Below are positions 13,613 to 26,225 of a stretch of DNA of 64,000 nucleotides, piece by piece (position 1 is the stretch's first letter; the number at the start of each line of letters is the position of its first letter). Under the pieces are notes generated by a model. That model worked only from the letters and a program-made list of their open reading frames with translations, did no database searches and had not been told where the DNA came from. The stretch comes from Eledone cirrhosa (lineage: Eukaryota): positions 2,728,001 through 2,792,000 of the forward strand of contig OZ024752.1 of assembly GCA_964016885.1 (NCBI GenBank), written 5' to 3'. Both the position numbers and the translations under genes were made by a program.

Positions 13613-13613
13613 G

Positions 13614-13703
<90 letters not shown>
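13229..13703. repeat. (TA)n microsatellite with TG interruptions
   Basis: Directly visible. Confidence 0.97.
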
Positions 13704-13705
<2 letters not shown>

Positions 13706-13714
13706 ATAAAATAA

Positions 13715-14175
13715 AACAAAGACGAGTGTATACTCCATCATTACGTTTATTGGATGGCCACATATCTGCTCAAGGTTCGATCTGTATCGATCTAGTCCTA
13801 CACTGTAATCAACGCCACATCAGACCCTTTGGTGGTAAATATAAAATGTGTATATATAGTGTACGAGAAAGTCTGGTATTCATATGCTAGTCAGTGGAAT
13901 TTGTTTTCATTAGTGGGTTAATTATAAGAGGCTGATTTTCTGTGAGAGGTGTGGGTGTAACTATTGATTTAACGATACTCTTTGGGTGGTTGCAGTGTCT
14001 ATTCATATTCTTGAGGTTTTCATTGTGTTTATAGTACGGCGGTACAGACCTGTGTCTAATTGTAGTGTGCCGTCTAAGAAATTCACTGTCCTATTGTTGT
14101 ATTCTACTTCTACCACCAACCCTTGGCTCTGGAACATATATCTCAGTCGTTTATGTAATCTTTCTATTTGACCAT
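13715..14175 (-). mobile_element. Penelope-like element fragment (RT C-terminal part plus a 3' end with a degenerate HHR)
   Basis: Minus translation 'QIERLHKRLRYMFQSQGLVVEVEYNNRTVNFLDGTLQLDTGLYR/YYKHNENLKNMNRHCNHPKSIVKSIV' shows the PLE FLD..L..G.Y..Y.K.N...NHP pattern; ends at (TA)n. Confidence 0.75.
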
Positions 14176-14177
14176 TA

Positions 14178-14995
14178 TTGAGTCCTCAGGCCAGTAGCAG
14201 GACTTCGTCCCTGTACACCAAGGCGATCGGCACTACACTAAGTGAATACGAGGCGGTCACAGGAGCAATGATTAACCAGGAAAAGTCGTTGGGCCAGCAG
14301 CTCGGCACCTGGAGTGACAGGTCCATGTCGTGCAACAGTGTTATTGGGCGCTGGATGGACGGACCGGTTACATTTCTAGGCGTCTGGTTCGTTCCAAACC
14401 TCCAAACGGGCAAAATCTGGGACGAGGTGACGAGCAGGGTGGCCTCTCTCACTCAGAATTGGGCTGAGAGGAATCTGTCCCTGAAAGGTCGAGCGGAGGT
14501 GGCGAACGTTTACATTGCCACCGTCATCTGCTACCACCTGACCATCGTGCGTTGTTCTAAGTCTCGCCTAACTGCGCTGGAGCGTTTGCTCTTTCTGTTT
14601 TTGTGGAAGGGACGCGCTCCGATGGACAGGCGGTTCGTTTGCTGTAGACACCTGCTACATGGAGTGCTGAGCGTGCCGTGGCTGATGATGCGCAGACATG
14701 CGCTCAGGCTACGTCATCTTCACCTCTTACTCGACGATGATCAGGTGGTTTCGCCATCTACTAGACGCGTATTTGACCCTGATGGTCAGGGTCAACGTAA
14801 CTTTTTTTAATGGGCTTTCTCTACGAGTGTTCCTCGGGAATCTCCCACATATTGGGGAATTTTCTTTTTTTTTCTTTTTTGTCATTTTCTATGTTTTTTA
14901 CTTTACACGCAGACATGCCTATTCTTACCGTCCTGTAACGTCCTGTGCTGTCCTTGATGATATACTTTATGTCCACCCTTGTGGTAAAATAAAGT
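14178..14995 (+). mobile_element. L1/Tx1-type LINE 3' fragment (late RT/thumb region, deletion, then 3' UTR)
   Basis: ORF 'YEAVTGAMINQEKS...FLGVWF...W...NLSLKGRAEVAN...FLWKG' is typical of Tx1/L1 ORF2; followed by a T-rich UTR ending in AATAAA. Confidence 0.85.
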
Positions 14996-15062
14996 ACCAG
15001 TAATGCACTGGGTAATTGCTGGCCTTGTGCCAAAAATAGAAACAATTATTATTATTATTATT
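14984..15062 (+). mobile_element. 3' part of SINE family A
   Basis: TAAAATAAAGTACCAGTAATGCACTGGGTAATTGCTGGCCTTGTGCC...AGAAACAA(TTA)n. Confidence 0.85.
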
Positions 15063-15064
15063 AA

Positions 15065-17175
15065 GCGTTTTATCATGGAGACACATGTGTGAAGGCGTAC
15101 AAGTCTGCGGGAGAAAAGGTTCGTAATACTAAGCTGTTTTAAAGTATAATTTTTCCTGTTTAAAGTATGTATTTTCTTGTCGATAAGGAAGGTCTCCCCT
15201 CCTTGGTTCCAAGGAAGGCAGACCACTGAATATTCCGGCTTTAAGCCCGAATATTCAGATTTATTTTTAAAAACTGTTTTAAAAAAAATCGTTTCCCCAC
15301 CAAAAATATGGAAATGTTCGTCCTTGAAACGATAAACACCGTACAGATCAAAAGTTCAAAAACAGCCAGTATAGATCCCACCAAAATTACTACTACAACT
15401 ACAGATATGCCTGTGGTCTACTCCACTAGATATGGAAGCAGGACACAAGAGTTACCATCACAACGCTTCCTTATGTGATAGAGGCAGTATCATCTCAAAA
15501 CGCAATCACCGCCACCTCAACAACAACAACCCAGAACAACAACGACAATAACACCGACAGCCTCAATGTAAACACTGATGGCGGTGGCAACAGCAACAAC
15601 AAACAAAACAAAATCAACAACACCATCAAACAACAGGCAGAACGACATCACCAACTAGAGCAACAGAGGGGCCATCTATGCTGCGGCCGCAGCGAAAACA
15701 GAACGCTTCTTCAATGTAGATTTAAGCGGTAAGGAACAGCAGTTGGCCCAGGCTTAGAGTTTAATTAGACGAGAGAAATCTGGACAAACCTAACCATCCC
15801 GGACGAGGCAATAACAGCCATGAAAAGGAGGACGGTGTTCTTTCGATGCATTTCAGTGCAGACACGCAAAGTAGAACTCGCCAGCCAAGCAGAAGTCGAA
15901 GCTGGTTTGCATCGAGTATAAAGGAAGGGCCAAGCAGTTCGGTACCATCTCGGTAATGTTCAAAACCGATGCCCTTGCTATTAAGCACTCGGTGAAACCC
16001 TGCCGAACGGAACGCATTATCATGCACCCACCGTACATGGGAAAAAGGGCAGTAAACATCCGCAACGCCAGGATCCCACCTGCAATGAACATATGGTGCC
16101 TCCTGGGATGCGTAATCGAGGAGGGGACATACACTACCCTGCTAGATATCAAAAGAACAGAGAGAGAAGATTGGTCCGGGATGGATTTGGAGATTATTCT
16201 TCAAATGAAACCAGAGGACATCAACATCATCCCGGATTTTGCCCGCCTGAGGTTAGAATGACGCACTGATTCGTCTGCGGGGTAGCAATTCATCTGCAAG
16301 GCTTCTGCCCTCAGCTCAGAAATGCAGGGGGTGGCAAACATCCTTTGCTGCCAACGCCAGTGTCTAAACCGAAAGCTCCACCACCAAAAGCAACAACAAC
16401 AATGAAACGGGTAACCCCAACAACATCAGAAACAGCCGGACCACAACCAGCACCGAAACCAATCCAAGGGGAAGACGAGGACAGCTCTTCCAATCCACCT
16501 AACCCTCCAATAATACACATAGATAAAACCATAAATGCATACACAGACACAGATACATTTACAGCCACAGACTGTAAGTTGGTGGTCATGGATGTGAGCA
16601 GTAGCGAAGGTGGCGCCATTAGTCTGCTGGCCCCTACTGGTGCCGGACGACCGGACTTCTTTAGGCGCCTGGAAATATTTCTGTGTACGTCTCGCCCTTT
16701 ACTGTTAGCGAGGGACTGGAACGGCAACTTAGACGCACGCTGGATTGTGTGGGAGTAGCTGATAGGAGCGAGTGGTGCAAAAGCCTCAAGCACTTAATCA
16801 GCCAGTTCCAACTGACTGACAGGGATCGACTAGATTTTCCCCAATGCGTTAGTGTGCACGTGGTTCAATTGTATAGGGGCATTTAGATCGTATATAGACA
16901 GGATCTTCATTGGGAAAATAGATAGAAATAGTGTAGGCTGCCCACTTTTTGAAACGGTCGCCTATTCAGATCACAAATGTTTGATCTGTATAGTCGACAT
17001 AAATAAAACGCGTAGGCTGGAATCGTGTTGTTGGAAGCTGAACATATCATTTCAGGCACGGAAGTCTTACAGGCATCGAGTCAACAATCTAGTTAAGCAA
17101 AAGTTGACAGGGAGGGGGGGGGGGGATCATCAACAACAGATGGTGGGGCGCCCTCAAAAGAGAAATTAGAGAAAA
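15065..17175 (+). mobile_element. L1/Tx1-type LINE 5' half: 5' UTR, disrupted ORF1 (~15308-16560) and APE endonuclease of ORF2 (~16570-17170)
   Basis: APE motifs 'FFRRLEIFL...LLLARDWNGNLDAR' and 'SYIDRIFI...YSDHKC...WKLN'; upstream N/T/P-rich ORF1-like frames with stops and frameshifts. Confidence 0.8.
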
Positions 17176-17221
17176 TTAATATATGTCAAAGGGCATCAAT
17201 ATATGTCAACCAAAATATTGG

Positions 17222-17277
<56 letters not shown>

Positions 17278-17644
17278 GAGAGAGAGAGAGAAAAAAAGAG
17301 AAAGAGAGAGAGAGATAATAGACAGTCTATGTTACAAAATATGTATGAATGTTATTGTCAATGTGCACAGTGCGGTGCTTTAACTTTGGAACACAACCCA
17401 ACACGAGATGCACATCGAAACAGTATTGAATGCTTCGAACCTCGCGTCGCATCTAACTGTGGTTACTCAACTATCAAATACACACAAATCTTTCTCCCCC
17501 CCTCCCTCTATTTCTCTCTCTCTCTATCTCTCTATCTCTCTCACTCTATGTATATATATGTGTGTGTGTGTGTGTGCATGTGTGTGCGTGTGTGACGTGT
17601 GTGGTGTGTGTTTGTGTTTGTTTTGCGTGTGTCATAACTATACT

Positions 17645-17698
<54 letters not shown>

Positions 17699-18662
17699 CT
17701 TCAGATAGATAGATATATAAATAGATAGATATATAGATAGATAGGTAGGTAGATATATATATAGATAGATAGACAGATAGGTATACTTAAGAAAAACACA
17801 CACCCACTGATAACATTATATATTTGTGTGTGTATGTGTGTATTTGTGGGTTTGTGTGTCTGTATGCGTGTATAACGTCTTTGTTATAATAATATATAGA
17901 TTATTGTCTGTCCAAATATTGACCAACCCTGTAGTTGTACTTGTTATCTGAAATACCAGCATCTAGCTTGATATTAATCCCATCGGGTGACTTGTGTACG
18001 GATTACACTTTTGGGAACCTCTGTTCCGGCACGAGATAGATACGTGATTCTCACGTCAAATGATTTCTCTTCTCCCGCCCTTTCCAATTATTCATTATAA
18101 CGTCTAATATCATTTTACGTGGCAGTTAATTCATTTCTGAAATTAGTTTGGATACACATATCTAACACCAAAATGAAATTACAACTATGACATATCGTAA
18201 ACACACAAATAAGAAAGAAGTAAGATAACACTATGTTGTACTATTCTTTTTTAGCTAGTCACATGATATGCTGTCAATTTCGTGAATTCGGACACGTGAT
18301 ACGGCCTATATGATAGTCTGTTACAAATCTTTCTCTCGAGAGGGCAGCATCTATATGTTCATTTCCTGTGTTCCCCCATGTCATCAGCAATGTGTAACTG
18401 TCAGACTCTCTAGAATATTACTGTATTTTTCACATCATTGTTTGCATTTCATTTACAATCTGTATCATTTAAAGTTTCCTGTATTAAAATGACTACAGAA
18501 ATTAAGAAGCTCGCGTTTGAGTGTACTAACTATCTTATATAACAGTTAGATATTATTTCAGAATTGTCCTCGCCAGTAGGAAACGGTGGCCGCTACCACT
18601 TTTTCTGAAGGCCAGTGATCGCTACATCAGGCTTAGTCTGAAAAAAATAACATATATAAGTG

Positions 18663-18799
18663 CATGGTTTTTGTTTGGAATGCTCGAGATACCACATGAT
18701 ATTTGTTTGGACTGTCCGGGATACTACATGAGTTTTGTTTCGAATGTCCGAGGTACCAATGTCTTTTGTTTGGAATATTTGAGATACCACATGAGTTTT
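18663..18799. repeat. 32-bp minisatellite, ~4.3 diverged copies
   Basis: CATGxxxTTTGTTTGGAATGTxxGAGATACCA starting at 18663, 18695, 18727, 18759 and 18790. Confidence 0.85.
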
Positions 18800-18894
18800 C
18801 TGTACTATTTGATAGGATCCTTTAATTATTTATCACATTAACTGCTGCATGCCCACACACCAAACACTACTACTACTATTACTACTACTACTAC

Positions 18895-18927
<33 letters not shown>

Positions 18928-18959
18928 CAGTAGTAGTAGTAGTAATAGTAGTAGTACTA

Positions 18960-19410
18960 AGGGCACTAGATTGGCAGCACCGGTAGAGCGTCGGACAATA
19001 TGGTTCTTGGATTAAAGTTACTGACCTTTACGTTCTGATTTCAAATCGCTCCCAGGCTGGGTTTGCTTTTATACTGTTTCCATAAAATAAATTACCAGTT
19101 ATACACTGAGGTCAAGTTACTCAGCTTTGCCTTCCCCTCAAATTGCTGACCTCGTACATAAATCAGAAACAATTATTGTTATTGTTGCTGTATGTAATGG
19201 TGAGGGATTGTTAGAATAGTTAGTGTAGCGGTGAAATGCCTTGTGGTATTTGTTCTGTTTGTTTAATATCAATTTTCAACTTCACTTTCAAAGTTTCGTA
19301 ATCGATAAAATTAAGTACCTTTCAATTTCTGGTGTCGATGTAATCGACTTTCCATTTCCCTGAACATTTACTGGCCTTGTACCTAAATCATATGCCATTA
19401 TTATTATTTC
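18960..19410 (+). mobile_element. Two tandem diverged SINE family A-related copies
   Basis: TTGGCAGCACCGGTAGAGCGTCGGAC head, TAAAATAAATTACCAGT core and CTGGCCTTGTACCTAAA-like tails. Confidence 0.65.
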
Positions 19411-22039
19411 TATTACCGTTGATTTGGATGTCTTATTTTGTTTTTGTTTTTGTCTTGATTACATTGATGTTACTTAGATTTGAATTTCCAGCATCAAATA
19501 ACCAGATAAAAGATATCTGTCTGTTAATAACTGAATTTGTATAATGCAATATCATTTCCTCTAAAATCATTGGGATGAAAAAAAAATAGTTTGTTCTTTT
19601 GATCTGCTGTCAGAGAAATAACTAATATTCACCTCTGACATTTCATATCAAAATGCTAAGATTGGAAATTAACAAAATAAATGTCCATTTCGTTATTTCA
19701 TAAAAATGTGTGATTATTACGTCTGCCTTTAGAAATGGTAACCTTTAAATCTCATATATTCTCCTACAATTAAACATCTGTAAGAATATCTTACACTATA
19801 AAAAAGGAATGGTATCATAGCAAGTGCAGAATTAATTACTATTCTTGTGTTATTGATCAAATAATCATTAGACCATTGTAAAATATAGTATGGTGAGACC
19901 AATAATTGTTATTTTACGTTACGTCTATGTCAACCATCATCAATATATATGATTTAGCCGACAGCTTGACGTGATATATATTTTCAACTCTATCGCATCT
20001 AGGCCTATGATAACATTACCTCAGTTTTAGAGATTTTGTATTTAGAAACATAATGTAAAATCTGCGTCTCAATTCTTTCAAAACATGGTACTTTTCGAAG
20101 TTTAATCAACAAAATGTAAACGCTTTGTGAAAGCAGAGCAAAAATCTTATTTGCTTAAATCGTAATTTTCCATTTTGATTCAAGATTTTGAGCTCATTCT
20201 TTCACTTTTATAGTATTATATGATTATGTATAGGAACTGAGAAACTCTCAAATACTCATCTCTTCCTGTAATTCTCTCATTGGCAAGCGAATAGCTGTAA
20301 TGTTATTGTGTCTAATAGCCTTTATTCTATATAATATTGTTTATCACTCAAAGATGAGTTACACATAGTAAATGCATACTCAACGTATTTAATTGTTCAC
20401 ACACACAGGCACACACACATATGTTAACCCCCCCCCCCCCACACACACACAGACACACGCACACACTCTCGTGTATATGTATATATATATATATATATAT
20501 GACGTCTCTGATATCCACTTAGACGAAATATTTTAGAGTGATTTTATAAACGAAAGAATCTTATTTCTAATCCCAATTGTCTGGGCGACGACTTCAAAGC
20601 ACGAGAACAGGTGACATATAGAATTCCGCTGATCAACTGTAATACGTTACACAGTCATTGAGTATCCAGTATAATAAGATTGCATTTGCTTTTGGTAAAT
20701 AAGAAATATGTTCTCCATAATACTTTAACCTCAATTATGTATTTATGAAATCAATAAGGTTAATGTTCTTGAAACTTGGAGATGTGATGAAACTGAAGTT
20801 CTAGAGAAACTCAAAATATATATATAATTTAGTTACAAAATGCAAACTTTGTGAACGATTTCGTGCAAATTCAGAAAGTTAGTTAAAGAAACGACAGTCA
20901 ATATGTGAAAATGCAATGACGTTAGATTAGATATGGGAATCGGTATGTTCGGTTTGACAGAAATGGTATAAATTGCATGTAGAAAATACAAAAAGTAAGA
21001 TTTTTTTAAACAATATATTTAGAGCCGGGCAATTTTGATCTTATTTCCTAAGACAGAAAATTGGAATATACTTAGACCTTTTTTTATGGTAAGCAATCTA
21101 GTGTTTGGATGGATTATAATATAACTGATAGATATATATTATTTGTAAGCTAAAGGATTTAAAAGAATGTTAAAGTTTACATAGTATTGATATTGATGTT
21201 AGCAGGCACTTTACCAGTAAGCTCATTCAAAATATTAGTAGTAACATGCAAGAAGCGCATTAAAAACACATGTGCTCAGCTACTTTGTAGCTGTTATCTT
21301 AATCTCATCAATGGCAATAGATCTCTATTTTAGTTTATATATTCCTCACTTCAACAGAATACCTTACTTGTTAGGTTGTAGATAATGCATTCATTATTAA
21401 CAGAAACGTAACAAGGCCACGTAAATGGATGACTGGAAATATCTAATAATACATATCATTTTTCCTTATTTTATTCAGATATTTGGGCTAGATGTGACTG
21501 AACATGTCAATATCTGAAATATGATAAAGTAGTATTTCTTATTCACACGAGGATAGAGAGTAATTTTACGTGACTTTTCAAAGCACACAATGCAATATTA
21601 TAAGTATAATTGTGTATTACATTATCCGAAAAACGTAGGAATATATGGTGACTTCCATGCAATAGAATGGAAGGTTCATGTAGAGACATGTCTCAGTTAA
21701 GGAGCTAAGAAATATAGTGAATCTATAATAGCACACTTAGGCAGAGGATAAAACCAAACGATGGAGCTAAAGAAAGGATATAGTACAATTAACGAGAAAG
21801 TGATCTTATGAATCAGGGTTCACTAGACAATTTTACCTTTTTATGAAGCATTATGAGAGCCATCTTATTCGTCTACTCCAACGAAACCAGTCATGTAGAT
21901 GTAATGATATATCAGATACGGTAGACCAACATGTGTATATCATCATAATATAATCAAACAACAATGTCTCTCTCAAACCAGAAAGGTCTCATTGCGTGAG
22001 GTGACTGAGAGAACAAGCCACACCATGGAGAGGACACCA

Positions 22040-22205
22040 GTCATTCGCATGTTTAAACCCCCAGCTATTGCTGATACTCATGTTCAACTAAGTATATTGG
22101 AGCAACATGAAATGAATCGTTTTGCTCAAGAACACAATACACAATCCATCCCAGTAATTGAAATTACGCAATTATGATCGTATCTCAACAGCCTTAGCAT
22201 AATAT
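22040..22205 (-). mobile_element. Diverged CORE-type SINE
   Basis: TTTTGCTCAAGAACACAA matches the reverse complement of the TTGT.TTCTTGAGCAAG motif seen at 44365-44600. Confidence 0.45.
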
Positions 22206-23549
22206 AATGATTGCCTTAATTTCACATTTTAGAGGATTTTTAGATAAATGTGTATATCGAATGTACCGTAGATACTTTTGCGCTAACTACATCTGGATGA
22301 GGGAGCGATGTGTTGGCATGTATTGTGTAGCTTTCCCAACTAAGGAAACTGTAATTGCGACATGTCTGGGCTTGAATTTATCCATCTACCGCAGTCTACA
22401 CCCCACCCCTCTTTAAATATTTGATAGTATATTTATGTCCACAAATATGCAATCATTAAAAGAACCCTTTCATTCCATGATTTTCTTATCTTAAATTCCT
22501 GTTTCCTCCCTCCACATTTTCAACAAAATTTCGAAATGTTTGGAATCCATATTAACTACATCAATCTTATGGACATCCAAACCCCATCACTTCTCAACTG
22601 AAATACACGAACATTTAAATTATAGGTGACGCCATCCTGTCTTTGATAAAACAGTATAAAAAAATTCAAGTATTTTAGATTCCATTTATGCAACTTAGTG
22701 AAATAGTTAGCCATCTCTTGACTCCTGAGATGTCATTAATCATTGTCATACTGGTACAATCAAAGACGTGCACATATAGAGTTGTATGTACTATAATAGT
22801 GGAAAGGTTTATAAGAGACACTGGTGGTATAACCAGTGACTAAATAGATTGAGTTATGTAGCTTAGTGATTCATAACTATGTAACTCTAATTAAATCGAA
22901 ACTTACCATTCATCCCTCTGAGAAAAAAAAAATCTGTAATACACTTCGCTAAAACATGTCCTTTAAATCAGTCATCTTGCTGCCTAATTAAACGAAATAA
23001 TTTAAATTTTTATTGGCATTTCACTTATTGTTGTCGTAAAACATATGGGAATAAAACTTTTATCGTAGTCATAACATCAGAAATGGTGGAGTAACAGATT
23101 TTCAGAAATTTAATTCCACATGATTACACTATTCATTCAGATCTTGCGATGGATGAATTTGTTTGTCCTTCCTCATGGGTCAAATCATTATGTTGCACAA
23201 ATGTACTGAAATAAATAAGTCACCCCTTCATATGAAATTCATTCAAAAATGCAGTGCTTTATCCCAAATCTAAAATCATATTAATAATATTAATGCCTAA
23301 GTGCAACAAAAAGCCAACAATTTTAAAGACACTATTTTTCTCTAAATTTTCTCTAAAAGTTTGGAGGATGTGATTCAAAGTAGTCCTCTGGTGTAATTGA
23401 ACTCAGAATGGAAAGAATCACAACTAAATGTGGAGAAAGATTTTGTCCAATGATTGATATACATATCCTGAACGATACATTTATATGTTCTTTTAACTAA
23501 CAAAGGGATCCGAGACAGTATTATGAAAATGCCCTAATACTATAAAACA

Positions 23550-24115
23550 GGGCATGCTGTCGCGGATGATGCGTAAACATGTGCATCTACAATAATTCTT
23601 TGGCGGAGAACAGGTGTAATCACTGTTCGCAAGAAGCTGCTGTAGCTTGAAGGCGCCGCAAACACGAGTAAATCGGAGGAAGAACGTCTTTGAGCACTCA
23701 ATATCCTCTGATAACCGGACAGCTCAATCGGCGCAATGTCCATCTTGACGTTCTTGAAAGTGTTAATAGTGAGAAAATAGAAAATTCTTGTTGGGAAGAT
23801 TATGGTGCCGATTAAAAGCAAAAAGCCTTTCTTTTTCCGGGGACCTTCAATCCAGGACACATGGAGAGCCTCAGGATGTCCGTGGCCTGGCACTGTTACC
23901 GTGGAGCATTGCTGGTTTGACATAAACTATACATTAATGAAAATCCCGTCAGCCAGCCTGCCCGAGATGCGCGCAAGGCGACGGTTCCATTTTGCACGCC
24001 ATCATTGAATGTCCACTGAATCCACTAAGATGATCGCTCCTGGACCTTTCTTTAGCGGGGAAGACCAGGCAGTTTGTGATATCTGTATGGTGGCCATGGT
24101 GAAAATGGTGGTGTT
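23550..24115 (+). mobile_element. L1/Tx1-type LINE ORF2 C-terminal fragment with CCHC (zf-RVT-like) finger
   Basis: 'GMLSRMMRKH', 'SVAWHCYRGALLV*HKLY' and 'PACPRCAQGDGSILHAIIECP' (~23953-24015). Confidence 0.8.
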
Positions 24116-25529
24116 TTGAAACTCCAATACAAATACCTAGGATTAGACTAAACAGGTAAAAAACAACATATTGAAATAAAACGAAATGTTTGGAAATAAT
24201 TATATACTAATATATAGTCTTCCTTGTTTTAAGGAAATATTTAGCGGCATCGTCACAGGATTGGGTGAAATTGAATTATCTTTGCTTTGTGAACATGCTT
24301 GGAAAAAATGGAAATCTGCACAAAAGCTAATTTTCATTTAAAGTATACTATAAATTGAAAGCCACACTAGAAATACCCATAGATTTTGGTTTCTATACAT
24401 ACATTATTTATTTCTCGCACACAAAATAATTATATACATTGCATGGGGAAAATTGCTTTGCTATACATTTCCCCTGAAATATGTATATCTGTGTTTATAT
24501 TACATTGGCGTGTAATAACGCGTCTCTTTAATTTCATATTGTATGGCCAGTTTAAATCAATGTATTTCACTCCATTAGGGAGTCACTAAACTCGAATACC
24601 AGTTATGTAATGGTGTTGGTTCAATGGATTGTAAAAACTGTTGGCATTGTGCGTAACGTAAAACGTATTATTATATTCATCTGTTTCTTTTTTTTTTCTT
24701 CTTGTATTGTTACTTGTATTGTCGTTGTTCTCGTTTTAATTGTTAATATTATATTTCATTTAATTTACTGTAATCAGAGTTAGAAACATTTTTGAATTTT
24801 TCCTAATTATATCTAGTTGGATAGGAGGAGAATTTGACGAGTAGGCCGAATATTATTATTAATTAAAATGGGTGGAGCTAAAAGAAGTGCACCATCTGTA
24901 TGAAGTTTGACGGCCTATGGCTTAAAAGTACAATATAAACCTCAGAGCCATCCATCAGTGACTAAATGTAGGAAGAAAAAATACTGACAGCATTAAGGAA
25001 TTAAATGTACAAAAACAAAAATAAAAATAAAACACCAGAGAATTTGAAAAACAAAAGCAATAATAAGAACAATGGTAATAAAATGAGCCTGCAATAACAT
25101 CGATTGCAGCTACGTGAACAAGAATATATGATATAAAAGTTTAGTCAGGAAAATCTCAGTAAAGGCAGTAAAAATACAAAATAGAAAATTTAGATAGAGA
25201 GCAAACTAAGGAGATAAATGAGGGGACACATAGAAGCATAAAGAAGACATTTTGAGTGGGGATTTTGATTTCATACAAGTGGGGTTGGATTTACGTCTAT
25301 AAAGAAAAGAACGCCAGTCGGGGAGAGCAGAGATGCGAGTTTGGATATGAGATAGCAACGGCAAGGGTTATGGTGTAGCGTGGGTTGGTTTCTCATACGA
25401 GAGCAAAATGTGTGCATGTGCTGGAGTATTAAAAGTGAGCTGCCTGCAAATAATGTAACCAATTTCGTTGATTGTTCTCAACAAATAGCTGTCTCATCTT
25501 TCAAACTCCTCTCAAGCATTTTTTTTTTT

Positions 25530-26146
25530 AAAACACAACTGCAGCGATATCATTTTCATCGTTACCGGATTTACTACTACCATTATAACCTTCAGCATCA
25601 GCATTATCATTGATGTATCATAGAGGTGGTGGTCTATTGCCAACCTCGTTCTCAACTTCCTCACCATCTTGATGATGATGCTGATGAGGATCATCCTCAT
25701 CTGCATGATCTTTGTCCTAATAGTCAATCTGGTTACGACCACTCACACCAATACATGGTATTATCACCAAGACCAACATCCGTGACATTATCAGTAACAC
25801 CAGACACCAATACCATTAATCCTCCTTTAACGTCACCTTGGTTTTCAGCATACTCGCTGTCATAACCATCATCATTATCATATTTCTCTTCATAATTGTC
25901 ACACTGATAGTTATTTATTTTAGTCCTCCAACAATATGATTGTCATGATCATCATCTCCACCAACAACTTTATTACAAACACCATCATGAATGACATCGC
26001 CCCGAACACCACAAATAGTACCATCAATAAACTTCATTAACTACCATCAATACTTATTTCCGTCTATAGTGACAACATCACCATTGACACCACAAATTCC
26101 ACTTCTAATTTCATCATAACGCCATCGCCCATCATCATCAACGGCG

Positions 26147-26188
<42 letters not shown>

Positions 26189-26225
26189 CCATCATCAACT
26201 TCATCTCAAACATCAACAACATCGT
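25530..26225. repeat. Degenerate CAT/CAC-rich low-complexity tract ending in (CAT)n
   Basis: Directly visible; a similar G/T-rich tract on the opposite strand lies at ~62850-63380. Confidence 0.7.

Noticed and set aside
13143-13890. Long [12 protein letters not shown] ORFs here and at 49682-50933, 57537-58014 and 60384-62479
   Set aside because: They are translations of (TA)n/(CA)n microsatellites, which lack stop codons.
23540-23923. 127-aa minus-strand ORF
   Set aside because: Antisense to the Tx1/L1 zinc-finger fragment on the + strand.
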